The notes under the pieces were generated by a model, which was given only the letters and a program-made list of their open reading frames with translations, did not search any database and was not told the DNA's origin. 64,000 nucleotides of DNA from Fibrobacterales bacterium. Its GTDB lineage: Bacteria; Fibrobacterota; Fibrobacteria; Fibrobacterales; JAOPTW01. A program made the translations under genes and the position numbers. The stretch is from positions 1 to 64,000 of the forward strand of contig JAOPTW010000016.1 of the NCBI GenBank assembly GCA_051532035.1. Direction: 5' to 3'. Below are positions 19,845-30,177 of the stretch, piece by piece. Each line of letters starts with the position of its first letter. The stretch's first letter is position 1.

Positions 19845-21089
19845 TTAATCGAGTTCTCCGCCCTCATCTTCATCATCAAAATCATCGTCATCCAAATCAT
19901 CAAGATTTTCAGAATGGACTTCAACTTCACCCTCATCGGTAATTTCTTCATCGTCTTCAAACTCAGAACTATAATCTTCTATCATCTCCCCCATCTCCTC
20001 TTTAGCGGCTTCCTCTTCAGGGAGCACTTTATTTTCTGTCGCATCAACTTCATCTAAATCTACAACAGGTTCCTCGTCTAACACATCTAAATCAACAACG
20101 TCACTGTCTGGGTGATCATCATCCTCTTCTTCAACTTCTTCAACTTCTGGCTCTTCTCCCAAGAGTCGCATCAGTTCATCATCCTCGATAACTTCACCAC
20201 TGCTCACTCGTGAGGTGATTTCCCGGAGTACCGTATCAATACCATACTCTTTAGGGGCCTCTTTAGTCCGTGCACGAAGCAAATCTGCAAGACCCTCTTT
20301 AAACTCGGAGTCAGGTGTATAGATAGTAATATCATTCATCATCTCATCCACATATTCCGTATTACTTTTTTTACGATAGACCCACATAGCACCAGCAGTC
20401 TCTACTTGACGCACAATAATTTCATCTGTTTTAACCATCTCGAGAATAGCAATAAACGAAACAACACAGTTTAACAAACGTTGGTCATGGCCAAGAAGGT
20501 CTTCAAAAAGAGCCTTTCCCTGCCGCATTAAAAAGTTTTCAATAAACTGCTGGCGGTCTTCAATCAATACATCATCAATTTCAATGGTATGAAAGCTCTC
20601 GCCCGCTTGAATTTTCATGCACTCAAGAAAGCCCTTATAGAGACTGTAAAGATTGATATTCTCTTCTGAAAGATCGTCTTCTTTTTTCTCTTTCTTAAAG
20701 CTTTCGGAGCGGCCACGAGAAAAACAACCATAGCTCTCTTCTTCTTTAATACGAAGATCGTCCGAAACAGCCTTAAATTTCTCATACTCAAGAATTTGCT
20801 GTATGAGGGCTTCTTTGTCTGCATCAAATTCGATAGGCTCAAGCTCATCCTGCTCTTCTCTTGGCAGAAGCTCACGAACTTTGAGTAGCATTAACCGTGA
20901 AGCCATATAGAGAAAATCACCAGCAGTAGAGAGATCTGTCTCGCTGATGTCTTTTATATAGTCGAGAAACTGGTCGGTAATCTCGGATATAGAGATGTCT
21001 TTGGGGCTCAACTCACTCTTCTGCACTAGGTAGAGCAGAAGGTCCATTGGCCCTTCAAAGGTATCAATATAGACTTCGTAGGCGGCCAT
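19845..21089 (-). CDS. scpA: Segregation and condensation protein A (kleisin) with long acidic C-terminal tail
   Basis: FEGPMDLLLYLV, ISISEITDQF, FLYMASRL, SFIAILEMVK; the last ~110 aa are D/E-rich. Confidence 0.88.
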   Translation of the reverse strand: MAAYEVYIDTFEGPMDLLLYLVQKSELSPKDISISEITDQFLDYIKDISETDLSTAGDFLYMASRLMLLKVRELLPREEQDELEPIEFDADKEALIQQILEYEKFKAVSDDLRIKEEESYGCFSRGRSESFKKEKKEDDLSEENINLYSLYKGFLECMKIQAGESFHTIEIDDVLIEDRQQFIENFLMRQGKALFEDLLGHDQRLLNCVVSFIAILEMVKTDEIIVRQVETAGAMWVYRKKSNTEYVDEMMNDITIYTPDSEFKEGLADLLRARTKEAPKEYGIDTVLREITSRVSSGEVIEDDELMRLLGEEPEVEEVEEEDDDHPDSDVVDLDVLDEEPVVDLDEVDATENKVLPEEEAAKEEMGEMIEDYSSEFEDDEEITDEGEVEVHSENLDDLDDDDFDDEDEGGELD

Positions 21090-22916
21090 TTACTCCACCG
21101 TTACACTTTTAGCGAGGTTTCTTGGTTTGTCAACATCACAGCCACGAATACAGGCGATATGATAGGCAAGGAGTTGCATTGGGATCGCAGTAAGAAGCGG
21201 CATAAGCATTGGCAATGTCGAAGGTATTGGGATGATAAAATCTGCGAGATGCTTCATTTTATCATTGCTTTCATTACAGATGGCAATGATTCTGCCGCCG
21301 CGCGCCTTTACTTCTTCGATATTAGAAACCACTTTATCAAACAACGTGTCTTGAGGAGCAATCACTACTACCGGCATATTTTCATCGATAAGTGCAATAG
21401 GGCCATGTTTCATTTCTGCAGCAGGATACCCTTCTGCATGAATGTATGAAATCTCTTTTAATTTAAGCGCACCTTCCATTGCCACTGGGTAATTAAAGTG
21501 ACGACCGAGGTAGAGGAAGTTTTCTGCGCCAGCAAATTTACTGGCAATCTCTTCAATGGCACTGTTCATTGCAAGGATCGTGTTGATTTGCTCAGGTATC
21601 TGTTGTAACCCTTTCACTATCTCTGCGCCATACTCATGGGAGACTCTTCTCATACGCCCAAGAAGGAGTGCTACAAGAGCCATAACTGTCACCTGTGAAG
21701 TAAATGCTTTTGTTGAAGCAACACCGATCTCTGAACCCGCATGGAGGTAGACACCACCATCGGTTTCACGAGCAATAGATGAGCCCACCGTATTACAAAT
21801 ACCTAACACTGTCGCTCCCTTTCGTTTTGCTTCTCGAAGAGCTGCGAGAGTATCTGCTGTTTCACCCGATTGCGAGATAGCAAATACAATGGTGTGTGGC
21901 TCAATAATAGGGTTTTTATATCTAAATTCAGATGCGTACTCAACCTCAACAGGTATACCAGCAAGGTCTTCAATAATGAGCTCACCCACCAGTGAAGCAT
22001 AATATGAAGTACCACACGCAAGCATAATAATACGACGGATCCCTCTCAACTCTTGAAGATTGAGTTTGAGACCATCCAATTTTGCAGTGCCATCCCCTAA
22101 CAGAAGTCTCCCTCTGAGGGCATTCTCTACTGTACTTGGTTGTTCATAAATTTCTTTAAGCATAAAGTGGTCAAAACCACCCTTTGCAATTGTTTCAAGA
22201 TCAAAATCGATCTCGTGGATCTCTCGGTTAACCCGTTGGTTATGAATATTTTTAACTTCATATTTACCATCACGAGAGATAACCACATCATCATCATCAA
22301 GATAGATAACTTGTTTGGTGTGTTCTACAATAGGAGTCACATCTGAAGCGATAAAAATGCCATCATCTGCTACACCAACTACAAGAGGGCTCCCTCGCCT
22401 GGCGCCAATCATCACTCCTGGCTCATCCGCAGTTATTACCCCAATACCAAAAGCACCTTCGAGCATCCCAAGTACCGTAAGTACTGCCGCTTCGAGATCG
22501 CCCTTATAAAATTTTTGAATAAGGTGGGGAATCACTTCCGTATCTGTTTCAGACTTGAATTCATACCCCTCTTTAAGAAGTACTTCTTTGAGCACCGAGT
22601 AATTTTCTATAATCCCGTTGTGCACCACGGCAATTTTTCCGTCAGCACTGAGATGAGGGTGAGAGTTGTTTTCTGAAGGAACACCATGGGTTGCCCAACG
22701 AGTGTGAGAAATTCCTGTTACTGATGTGATCGTCTCATCAACTATTTTATCTGCGAGGTTTTGTAATTTACCTTTTGCTTTTGTAGTTGTGATTGCCCCA
22801 TTTTCTAAGACTGCAAACCCAGCACTATCATACCCTCGATACTCAAGTTTTCTCAATCCTTCGATAAGAATATTAATCGCTTGATTTGCACCGTTATATC
22901 CAACTATTCCACACAT
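21090..22916 (-). CDS. glmS: Glutamine--fructose-6-phosphate aminotransferase
   Basis: MCGIVG, EYRGYDSAG, HTRWATHG, SQSGETADT, DKPRNLAKSVTVE. Confidence 0.98.
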   Translation of the reverse strand: MCGIVGYNGANQAINILIEGLRKLEYRGYDSAGFAVLENGAITTTKAKGKLQNLADKIVDETITSVTGISHTRWATHGVPSENNSHPHLSADGKIAVVHNGIIENYSVLKEVLLKEGYEFKSETDTEVIPHLIQKFYKGDLEAAVLTVLGMLEGAFGIGVITADEPGVMIGARRGSPLVVGVADDGIFIASDVTPIVEHTKQVIYLDDDDVVISRDGKYEVKNIHNQRVNREIHEIDFDLETIAKGGFDHFMLKEIYEQPSTVENALRGRLLLGDGTAKLDGLKLNLQELRGIRRIIMLACGTSYYASLVGELIIEDLAGIPVEVEYASEFRYKNPIIEPHTIVFAISQSGETADTLAALREAKRKGATVLGICNTVGSSIARETDGGVYLHAGSEIGVASTKAFTSQVTVMALVALLLGRMRRVSHEYGAEIVKGLQQIPEQINTILAMNSAIEEIASKFAGAENFLYLGRHFNYPVAMEGALKLKEISYIHAEGYPAAEMKHGPIALIDENMPVVVIAPQDTLFDKVVSNIEEVKARGGRIIAICNESNDKMKHLADFIIPIPSTLPMLMPLLTAIPMQLLAYHIACIRGCDVDKPRNLAKSVTVE

Positions 22917-23017
22917 AAATACACACTCAAATTGTTAAAAACATTGAATAATGTAGCAAAAAATCATGATTTTCGCGATGAGGAAGGCTGGATTTCATGG
23001 AGATTTACACTCACATA

Positions 23018-24580
23018 TCAAAACTGGTAACCCAGAGCAACTCCAGGTGACACATAATACCGGTTTTTGAGTTTTCCATCACTTTGAGCCGTAAAAAGAG
23101 AGATTTCTGGGGTAATAATTGTTGCAATCCAGAACCCTTTGGGTAAATAAAGTTCCAAATCCAGTGATAACCCAATTTGATAGAGATTTGCATGACTCGT
23201 ACGACTCCCCTCTTTGGTAAGGCGATTATCAAAACGCTCCTGAAAGAGACTCACATATCGGCCATTTACCCCACCAGACACTTGACCATACGCATGTTGG
23301 TAAATCGGCTTACCGGCATTATAGGCAATAGAGTAGAAACTATTCTCAACGCTTTTTTTGAGAGAATCACTTCCATGATCGGTAGAAGAAGCGTACCCGA
23401 TGGAGAGGCGCTGTTTCCAATTATAACTTCTATGAATATAAGAGAGTTCAGTCAAATTGAGCATCGACTCGCCCAGTGGACTGACAAATCGCGCGCCGAC
23501 CTCTACGCCATGAGCATTGAGGGACAAGCGCTGGCTTCCTTTTGCATAGAGCACTGACTTATGTTGCTTTCTAAAAGTTTTGGGGGTGAGTTCTCTTTTA
23601 TTCGACCAAGCGAGATCGATCATTTGTGCTTTAATGGCATCACCATCTTCGTATGAAAGTATATAACGCCCCCTTGGCACCGAGTACCGAATAGTCTCTT
23701 TACCCGATAAAAATAGGCGGGAGTAAACCTGTGAATTACTCGCATCATGAATGGTCATCATCACCCCAGGGAATCCTTTAAAAGTAATGTTTGATAATTT
23801 TTTTTGAACCCGAGCTAGGATAACATCTGACTCCCCCACAATGTTCATATCAAAACCAGGATTTTGATTCTCTGTTTTGCCCAGTATCATCTCATTCTGA
23901 GTACTATTCCGAGCGTACTCGAACGCTTCAAAAAGAGATACTTGAGCATCAAGATTAAAGTCAGCGGCACCTCTGAGTGCATTGAGTAAGTGATGCGTAA
24001 ATACAGCACCTTGATACTCTTCGGACTCTTGGGCAAACTCCCCTCGTGCACTCGATGTGATCACAATAGAACCTTTACTTTTCAGTTCATCTTTGTGGAC
24101 TCGGTGATTTTTAATTACTTGACCACCCTTTTGACGCAGTAGATTTCCCGATTCACAAGCATCCACGAACATAATTTTGAGATCAGCAGAAAGGGTTTCA
24201 AAATAACCAGTGAGTTCATCTTTACTGAGAGTATGACCATTGATATGAAGTGCATTGCTGCTCCCATGGCCTGAATAAAAAAGGAGCACCATGGTCTCTT
24301 GACCATTGCGCTTGAGTTCTTTTGCCCGACCATTAATTTCTATGAAAGCATTTTTTATATCACCAACAGATCGGTTTTTAAGAAGATACACACGATCTTC
24401 GGGAAATGTCTGTGAGTCGATAAGGAGACGAGCCATCTCCTCTGCATCTTTCGCTGCATATTTAAGGGTCACCTCGTTTGCCAGACCACTATTATTTCCG
24501 ATAAAAAGCGCCAAACGCTGTAACTCACCCGCATACCCGGCTGAGAGTAGTGCAAGACAGAAGATAACGAATCGTACCAC
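23018..24580 (-). CDS. Exported caspase-family (peptidase C14) protein with probable C-terminal beta-barrel
   Basis: Signal peptide; RLALFIGNN, LKYAAKDA, catalytic FYSGHG and VDACESG, GAVFTHHLLNALRGAAD; amphipathic strands ending GVALGYQF. Confidence 0.82.
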   Translation of the reverse strand: MVRFVIFCLALLSAGYAGELQRLALFIGNNSGLANEVTLKYAAKDAEEMARLLIDSQTFPEDRVYLLKNRSVGDIKNAFIEINGRAKELKRNGQETMVLLFYSGHGSSNALHINGHTLSKDELTGYFETLSADLKIMFVDACESGNLLRQKGGQVIKNHRVHKDELKSKGSIVITSSARGEFAQESEEYQGAVFTHHLLNALRGAADFNLDAQVSLFEAFEYARNSTQNEMILGKTENQNPGFDMNIVGESDVILARVQKKLSNITFKGFPGVMMTIHDASNSQVYSRLFLSGKETIRYSVPRGRYILSYEDGDAIKAQMIDLAWSNKRELTPKTFRKQHKSVLYAKGSQRLSLNAHGVEVGARFVSPLGESMLNLTELSYIHRSYNWKQRLSIGYASSTDHGSDSLKKSVENSFYSIAYNAGKPIYQHAYGQVSGGVNGRYVSLFQERFDNRLTKEGSRTSHANLYQIGLSLDLELYLPKGFWIATIITPEISLFTAQSDGKLKNRYYVSPGVALGYQF

Positions 24581-24581
24581 C

Positions 24582-25301
24582 CTACTTTCTCATTAAGGTG
24601 TAGATCTGTACTGTTATAGATGCATTTACCGGAAGTGCAATTGCTCTTTCATGCATAGGCATTGTAAAAGCCTCTACTGACGTCAAGAGATAGAGTTCTT
24701 CTCGTTGCCAGCTATCGTCAAGTACAATACTCAACTCCAGTCTACTAAAAGAGGTCACTGGATCGAGAATAAGAGATGCGCCTTCAGTGGTAAGATAAGG
24801 AGTAAGCTCTCCCAAATCATCACGGTACCACAATTGCATATACAGTTTTTTATCTGAGCGATACGAAAGGGTGAGTGTATCACCTGCGGAGACAGTCACC
24901 GGTCCACCATCACTCAAGAGCGTTCCACCCACAGTAATATGAATCTCGCTCGCGCCTTTAGCTTGGTAGAGACTCTGCTCCGAGAGTGTCGGTTGATTCG
25001 ATTGCGGGTTGTACATTACCAATACCGCAACACAAACCAGTGAAAAAAGTGCTGCCATCTGTAATTGCGGCTTTAGAAGGAGTCCGAGTAGTTGTTCAAT
25101 CACTGAACCCTTATTCTGAAACGACTCTCCTGCAAAGAGGTCATTAAAACTTTTATTACAGGTAATGGAACGCTGTTTTTGAAACTCTTCTCGAATCTCG
25201 GGATACTGATCCATCTCTTTTTCGAACGTTTCTTCTTCAGCAGGAGTCATCTCATTTGCAATGTAAGACTCAATACGGTAATAAGGGATTTTTTTATTCA
25301 T
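24582..25301 (-). CDS. Putative anti-sigma factor (N-terminal anti-sigma helix, one TM, extracytoplasmic domain)
   Basis: IESYIANEMTPAEEETFE N-terminus, TM AALFSLVCVAVLVMY, YQAKG, then a beta-rich domain; sits right after an ECF sigma. Confidence 0.65.
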   Translation of the reverse strand: MNKKIPYYRIESYIANEMTPAEEETFEKEMDQYPEIREEFQKQRSITCNKSFNDLFAGESFQNKGSVIEQLLGLLLKPQLQMAALFSLVCVAVLVMYNPQSNQPTLSEQSLYQAKGASEIHITVGGTLLSDGGPVTVSAGDTLTLSYRSDKKLYMQLWYRDDLGELTPYLTTEGASLILDPVTSFSRLELSIVLDDSWQREELYLLTSVEAFTMPMHERAIALPVNASITVQIYTLMRK

Positions 25302-25321
25302 ATGTACCCATGTTAATAGCT

Positions 25322-25864
25322 TTACTTATCATTAGACGACCCAAGCAGCAGAGATGTAACCTCACTGCGAGAAAAAAATGAACAGACAATCATAATTGCA
25401 GCAAGATCAGGGAATTTAGCTTCTAAACGCTTAATACGTCGGGTTATCGCTACCCGAGAAACGCCCATAATATCAGCTATTTCACCATGATTGAGCCCTT
25501 CAATATAAAAGAGAAACAGGAGTTCTCTACTCTCTTTATTAAAGGTTTTAAGAATCTTCTGAAGGGTTAGATTCCGGTCAGTGTCTTCTCTTCCAACGTT
25601 TTTACAGGGAATTTCCTCAATATAATCTATAGAAAGCGCATCCTTCCCCTTCTTTGACCGCAGGTAATCGAGGCAATTATTTGTCGCAATGCGATAGATC
25701 CAGGTGAACATCTGTGAAGTCCCATCGTACGAATCGATAGAACGAAATACCTTAATAAAGGTCTCTTGGAGTAGATCTTCTGCATCGTGATCACAATGGG
25801 TATAGCGCCTACAAATGCGAAATACCCCATCTTTATGAGCGGTATATATCTCTTCAGGTCTCAT
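25322..25864 (-). CDS. ECF RNA polymerase sigma factor
   Basis: DAEDLLQETFIKVF, FTWIYRIATNNCLDYLR, EGLNHGEIADIMGVS. Confidence 0.93.
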   Translation of the reverse strand: MRPEEIYTAHKDGVFRICRRYTHCDHDAEDLLQETFIKVFRSIDSYDGTSQMFTWIYRIATNNCLDYLRSKKGKDALSIDYIEEIPCKNVGREDTDRNLTLQKILKTFNKESRELLFLFYIEGLNHGEIADIMGVSRVAITRRIKRLEAKFPDLAAIMIVCSFFSRSEVTSLLLGSSNDK

Positions 25865-25873
25865 AGCACTCTC

Positions 25874-28312
25874 TTATTGTTTCAGTGTAAATCCAGAAAA
25901 AGCAACCCAAGGCATAAACCCTAAACTGTTCACTGGGATTATTTTAATATAATAGTTTTCACTCTCTACAGTGATAGCATCAATAAACAGAGTGGGATTA
26001 TTTCTAGAAACAGGAGTCTCCTGCTGAATCTCTATAAGACTACTCAGCGCCGAACCACCGAGCACCTTAAAATAGATCGGCGTATTAAGGTTATCCCTGA
26101 CACAACTCTCAACGGAGAGTTGATAGCGCCCTGAATACCCTGAGAGATTCAAGAGAAGATAATCACTATAATCATCGACATACCAACTCTCTTCACCGCT
26201 ATTATAGAGCGACTCAACAATACCAACACCATTATACAGATACGTATCGCAATCAAACCACGCTTCGGGGTGTACCTTCCCACTATTACTCTCTATAACC
26301 TGATCTGCACCAAGATAAGGAAGAGACTGTACCGCCCGTGCAGAGAGTGGCGTATAATTTTTATTATAAAAAGACCGCTCACCCACCTGATCTTTTACGA
26401 CGAGTTTATAGAAGTCACTCCCGTTATAAGTATTAAAATCTATGGTTACTCCCGTAGAAGGGCTAAAAAAACGGTGAAGATCAAAGGGATACAACGACAA
26501 CTCGGGGGTCTGCCCTGCGCGCTCACTTTCAAAGACCAATGAGTAACTTAAAATATTGTTGGTATACCCCCCACTGACAAGGAGTGGATTATCATCAGGA
26601 GAAATATTAATTGCAAACTCACCGCCACCACTGTAGGAACCGCGGTAATCCACCATATCTATTTGAGGCATTTCGTATGTCAATGTTTCATGGCCTTCTA
26701 TGTAAGTTTCTATAGTGTCATTAAGGGAGGCGCTCCCTTCACTACGAGGAATGACTGTTTTATCAACAGAAACATAGGATAATTTTACGGCATTTCCATC
26801 GAGGGTCATCACAAGATTATTGAGTTCAGCGGATTTAAATGTCCCCTCACTCTTGGTAGGAACCATCTTAAAAAGGGTAACATTCCCCAAACCAAAGTAC
26901 TCTGCAGTGATTGCATCAAGAGCAAGCCAGCATGAAGAATCTTTTTGAATAATCTCCACAGTAAGATTTTTTTGCGGACTTTTATAAACACCTACCAATG
27001 GGACAATAGTATTGAAATCATATTTTTGATCAACCACAGGATCATAACCGCTCAAACTTGGTTGATAATCTCTCCAGCTTTGACCGTGTTCAGCAATGAG
27101 TATTGAATCCTTTCGAAATTCTGAAAGTTCAAGCCCGTTAAACACCCTAGAATATCTATCAGCATATAATACATTATAGCCCGTTGTAAAGTATTGGGTG
27201 TCGATACTCAAATACCCTTTATTAACAGATCGAGCGACAGTATCAAGGGCATTACGACTTTCAATAAAAAAGAAAAAGTACTCATACGAAAAAGCGACAA
27301 GGCTATTTCTATTTGTTCTCTTAAAATCAAGAGGGCTATTTTCATAGGGAAAGGAGCTATTGGTTCGTAAATAATAGAGCATCCGTGATTTCACATCAAA
27401 AGCCATTCTTTTCTTAAAGAGCTCATTTTTTTTAGCAACATAGGATGCAAGATATTGTTGATTTGGATGGAGTCGCCCTGATTCTGCTTTAAGATGAAGA
27501 ACCGACACTGAATCGTTCACAATAGTGGTATCGATTTTTGGAAGGTCGTCATATTGACGGTCAAAAACAAATTCTTCATATTTATTATGCTGCTGATAAA
27601 TAGCACGCGTCTCGGAAAGGGCCAAATCATAGTACCCTTTGGGAAATAACACCCCTAAATTAATTAACTCACTATATCCTTCGGCAATTTCAGAAGAGAT
27701 GAGGGTATCTTTAATATCATTATACTCCTGCCATAGGATTCCGCTCTTATAATTGAGATAAAACCGGACATCCGCCTCAGCCATAGGAGCCGGTGACTCA
27801 TTGTAGTGAGAAAATTCTTTCAACTGACTATTCAACAAACCTATCTCTTTATCAAGAGCAAGCAGGGTATCAACAAAAGAACGATCGTCGGGATGGTACA
27901 TATCTTCGAGGGTAAACTGGCCTGATCCGTTTGTATTCTCAAAAAACCATAACTTCCCTACAGCCGTTGCCTTATCCTCAAAGATTTCGGGAATCGGCTC
28001 CTGTTTTAGATCAAAGTGATATACCCCAGAAGAGTCGATGGTGTATTCAGAAATATTTTGAATATAGTAGTGGTTAAAGTTACCAACCATATGCCAAATA
28101 AGTACTGGCCGTACATCACCTAAAGAGTCTTCTCTATCAGGCTCCATTTTGGTATAATCTATGGTCGCTTTAAACTGTAGATAGGGCTCGAGGTCATCAT
28201 CTGATTGGGCGGGAATAACGCCATCATCGGTAAATAATTCTGACAAAAAACACCCCGACAGCAAACCTATCAAAAGCATCCATACGACAGAAACCCCAAC
28301 TTTAGAACACAT
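25874..28312 (-). CDS. Large lipoprotein of unknown function
   Basis: 812-aa ORF; lipobox LLSGC; 9 nt upstream of the ECF sigma. Confidence 0.7.
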   Translation of the reverse strand: MCSKVGVSVVWMLLIGLLSGCFLSELFTDDGVIPAQSDDDLEPYLQFKATIDYTKMEPDREDSLGDVRPVLIWHMVGNFNHYYIQNISEYTIDSSGVYHFDLKQEPIPEIFEDKATAVGKLWFFENTNGSGQFTLEDMYHPDDRSFVDTLLALDKEIGLLNSQLKEFSHYNESPAPMAEADVRFYLNYKSGILWQEYNDIKDTLISSEIAEGYSELINLGVLFPKGYYDLALSETRAIYQQHNKYEEFVFDRQYDDLPKIDTTIVNDSVSVLHLKAESGRLHPNQQYLASYVAKKNELFKKRMAFDVKSRMLYYLRTNSSFPYENSPLDFKRTNRNSLVAFSYEYFFFFIESRNALDTVARSVNKGYLSIDTQYFTTGYNVLYADRYSRVFNGLELSEFRKDSILIAEHGQSWRDYQPSLSGYDPVVDQKYDFNTIVPLVGVYKSPQKNLTVEIIQKDSSCWLALDAITAEYFGLGNVTLFKMVPTKSEGTFKSAELNNLVMTLDGNAVKLSYVSVDKTVIPRSEGSASLNDTIETYIEGHETLTYEMPQIDMVDYRGSYSGGGEFAINISPDDNPLLVSGGYTNNILSYSLVFESERAGQTPELSLYPFDLHRFFSPSTGVTIDFNTYNGSDFYKLVVKDQVGERSFYNKNYTPLSARAVQSLPYLGADQVIESNSGKVHPEAWFDCDTYLYNGVGIVESLYNSGEESWYVDDYSDYLLLNLSGYSGRYQLSVESCVRDNLNTPIYFKVLGGSALSSLIEIQQETPVSRNNPTLFIDAITVESENYYIKIIPVNSLGFMPWVAFSGFTLKQ

Positions 28313-28404
28313 GTACCAATCTCATCAACTCAGCTCAACAAAAGTTAGTAATGTCTCTGACAACCATTGAGTATGTTTTATGGAATTTACACTGTATCGG
28401 CTAT

Positions 28405-30177
28405 TTATAACTCTGAAAGCGCATCTAAAACAATATCAGCGGTGATCAGCTCGGGTAACACGATAGGATTTTTAGGATTTTTGGGAGAATAGACCACATA
28501 GAGTGGCACCCCGGCACGTCCAAATGATTTGAGCTTTTTGGTAATGTGTTCATCACCATCCGTCCAATCAGCAACCATATAGGTTATCCCTTTTTGGGCA
28601 AACTCCTGTCGCATACTCTCTGTTTTCAACACCAATTTTTTATTGGTCTTACACGTTATACACCATGATGCGGTAAAATCGAGGAAAACTGGTTTTCCCG
28701 ACTCGAGCACCCGTGCCAAATTCTGTTCAGAGTATTCTATTTCACCTTCTCCTATGAGCTGTTCCTGTGCACCAGGGTTATCGATAGTTGGCTGGACCAG
28801 CCACATATACGCACCGAATGAAGTTGCAAGTATCACAATCCAGACAAAAACCTTCCGCTGTATAGCGAGTCCAAACCCACCATTGGGGAGCGCATGACTA
28901 TAGAACCATGCATTGATTGCGAGCACTAAGAGAAAGACCGATGTCCACGTTGCTAAATCACTTCCATAGGCTTCAGTAAGAACCGTAAGAAGCCAAAGTA
29001 CCGTTGCGATAAGCAGGAACCCCATAAACTCTTTGAGACGAAGCATCCAATTCCCCGGCTTTGGCACCCATTTGAGCGCAAAGGGAAAGAGCGTTAAAAT
29101 CATATAGGGGAGTGCTAAGCCAAAAGCAACAGCAGTGAACATGATAAAAAGAATAATCGCTGGCTGACTGAAAGCAAAACCCATGGCCGACCCTAAAAAT
29201 GGCGCACTACATGGCGTTGAAAGGAGCGTCATCAACACCCCATTAAAAAAGGCACCGACATAGCCACTTTTACCCGACATGAGACTGAGTTTACTATTAG
29301 CCGACGTTGGGAGAAATATTTCGAAAACCCCAAAGAGGTTAAGGGCAAAGATGAGCATTATCGCTGCCATTACAATGATAAAGAGGGGGTTTTGAAATTG
29401 AAAGCCCCACCCTACAAGAGAGCCTGCTGAGCGTAGAATCACTACTGATCCGGCCAGAACCCAAAATGAAACTGCAATCCCTAGAGAGAAGGCCCCACCA
29501 AGTTTTAAAAGTTTTGCACGAGATTCACCCGCCTGCTTTACCAAGCTAAACACTTTGAGTGAAAGAACTGGGAGTACACAGGGCATAAGGTTGAGAATAA
29601 GCCCCCCCAGTATCGCAAGAAGAATCATCATTCCAAAAGAGGTCTCTTCACCACTCTTCTCAAGTGAACCGTCATCAATAGGTTCAGATACAGCATCTGT
29701 TTCTGCGGGGCGATGAGATTCACCGCCTACCACTATTGAAGTTGTCACTGGAGGCAGGCACATTTTATCATCACACGGCTGATAGGTAAAATCAATAACG
29801 GTACTGAGAGAATCTGTTTTAGAAAATGCCGTTCCCCGTTCAGCGACCGGCACTGTCACGACAAAATCTCCCGAAAACTGGGTCGTTGTCATGTCGAGTA
29901 CCTTCACATAGAGTACTTCAGGCTTAGGAAACTTTGGATCGCCAAAGGTAATGTTCTTTGCAGACACCTCAATTTGAGCCGGTATTAGATATTCATCTTC
30001 GGGACTATCCGAAGTAATATGCCAACCGTCATCAATGATAATATCAACAATAAGTTGTGATGCTTCGGTAACTGCACCTTTTGAATAACGGGCAGTCACT
30101 ATTGCGTGTTCTTCCCCCTGGAACGCCCAACTACTTGTTATTGCTAAAAAAAGTATTCCATATAGTATTTTATTCAT
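28405..30177 (-). CDS. dsbD: Thiol:disulfide interchange protein DsbD family
   Basis: N-domain GWHI...QPCDDKMC, LNLMPCVLPV, STPCSAPF, PKPGNWM, thioredoxin DFTASWCITC. Confidence 0.9.
   Translation of the reverse strand: MNKILYGILFLAITSSWAFQGEEHAIVTARYSKGAVTEASQLIVDIIIDDGWHITSDSPEDEYLIPAQIEVSAKNITFGDPKFPKPEVLYVKVLDMTTTQFSGDFVVTVPVAERGTAFSKTDSLSTVIDFTYQPCDDKMCLPPVTTSIVVGGESHRPAETDAVSEPIDDGSLEKSGEETSFGMMILLAILGGLILNLMPCVLPVLSLKVFSLVKQAGESRAKLLKLGGAFSLGIAVSFWVLAGSVVILRSAGSLVGWGFQFQNPLFIIVMAAIMLIFALNLFGVFEIFLPTSANSKLSLMSGKSGYVGAFFNGVLMTLLSTPCSAPFLGSAMGFAFSQPAIILFIMFTAVAFGLALPYMILTLFPFALKWVPKPGNWMLRLKEFMGFLLIATVLWLLTVLTEAYGSDLATWTSVFLLVLAINAWFYSHALPNGGFGLAIQRKVFVWIVILATSFGAYMWLVQPTIDNPGAQEQLIGEGEIEYSEQNLARVLESGKPVFLDFTASWCITCKTNKKLVLKTESMRQEFAQKGITYMVADWTDGDEHITKKLKSFGRAGVPLYVVYSPKNPKNPIVLPELITADIVLDALSEL

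Noticed and set aside
22917..23017. glmS ribozyme upstream of glmS
   Set aside because: The region is only ~100 nt, AT-rich, and lacks the AGCGCC cleavage-site core and stems.
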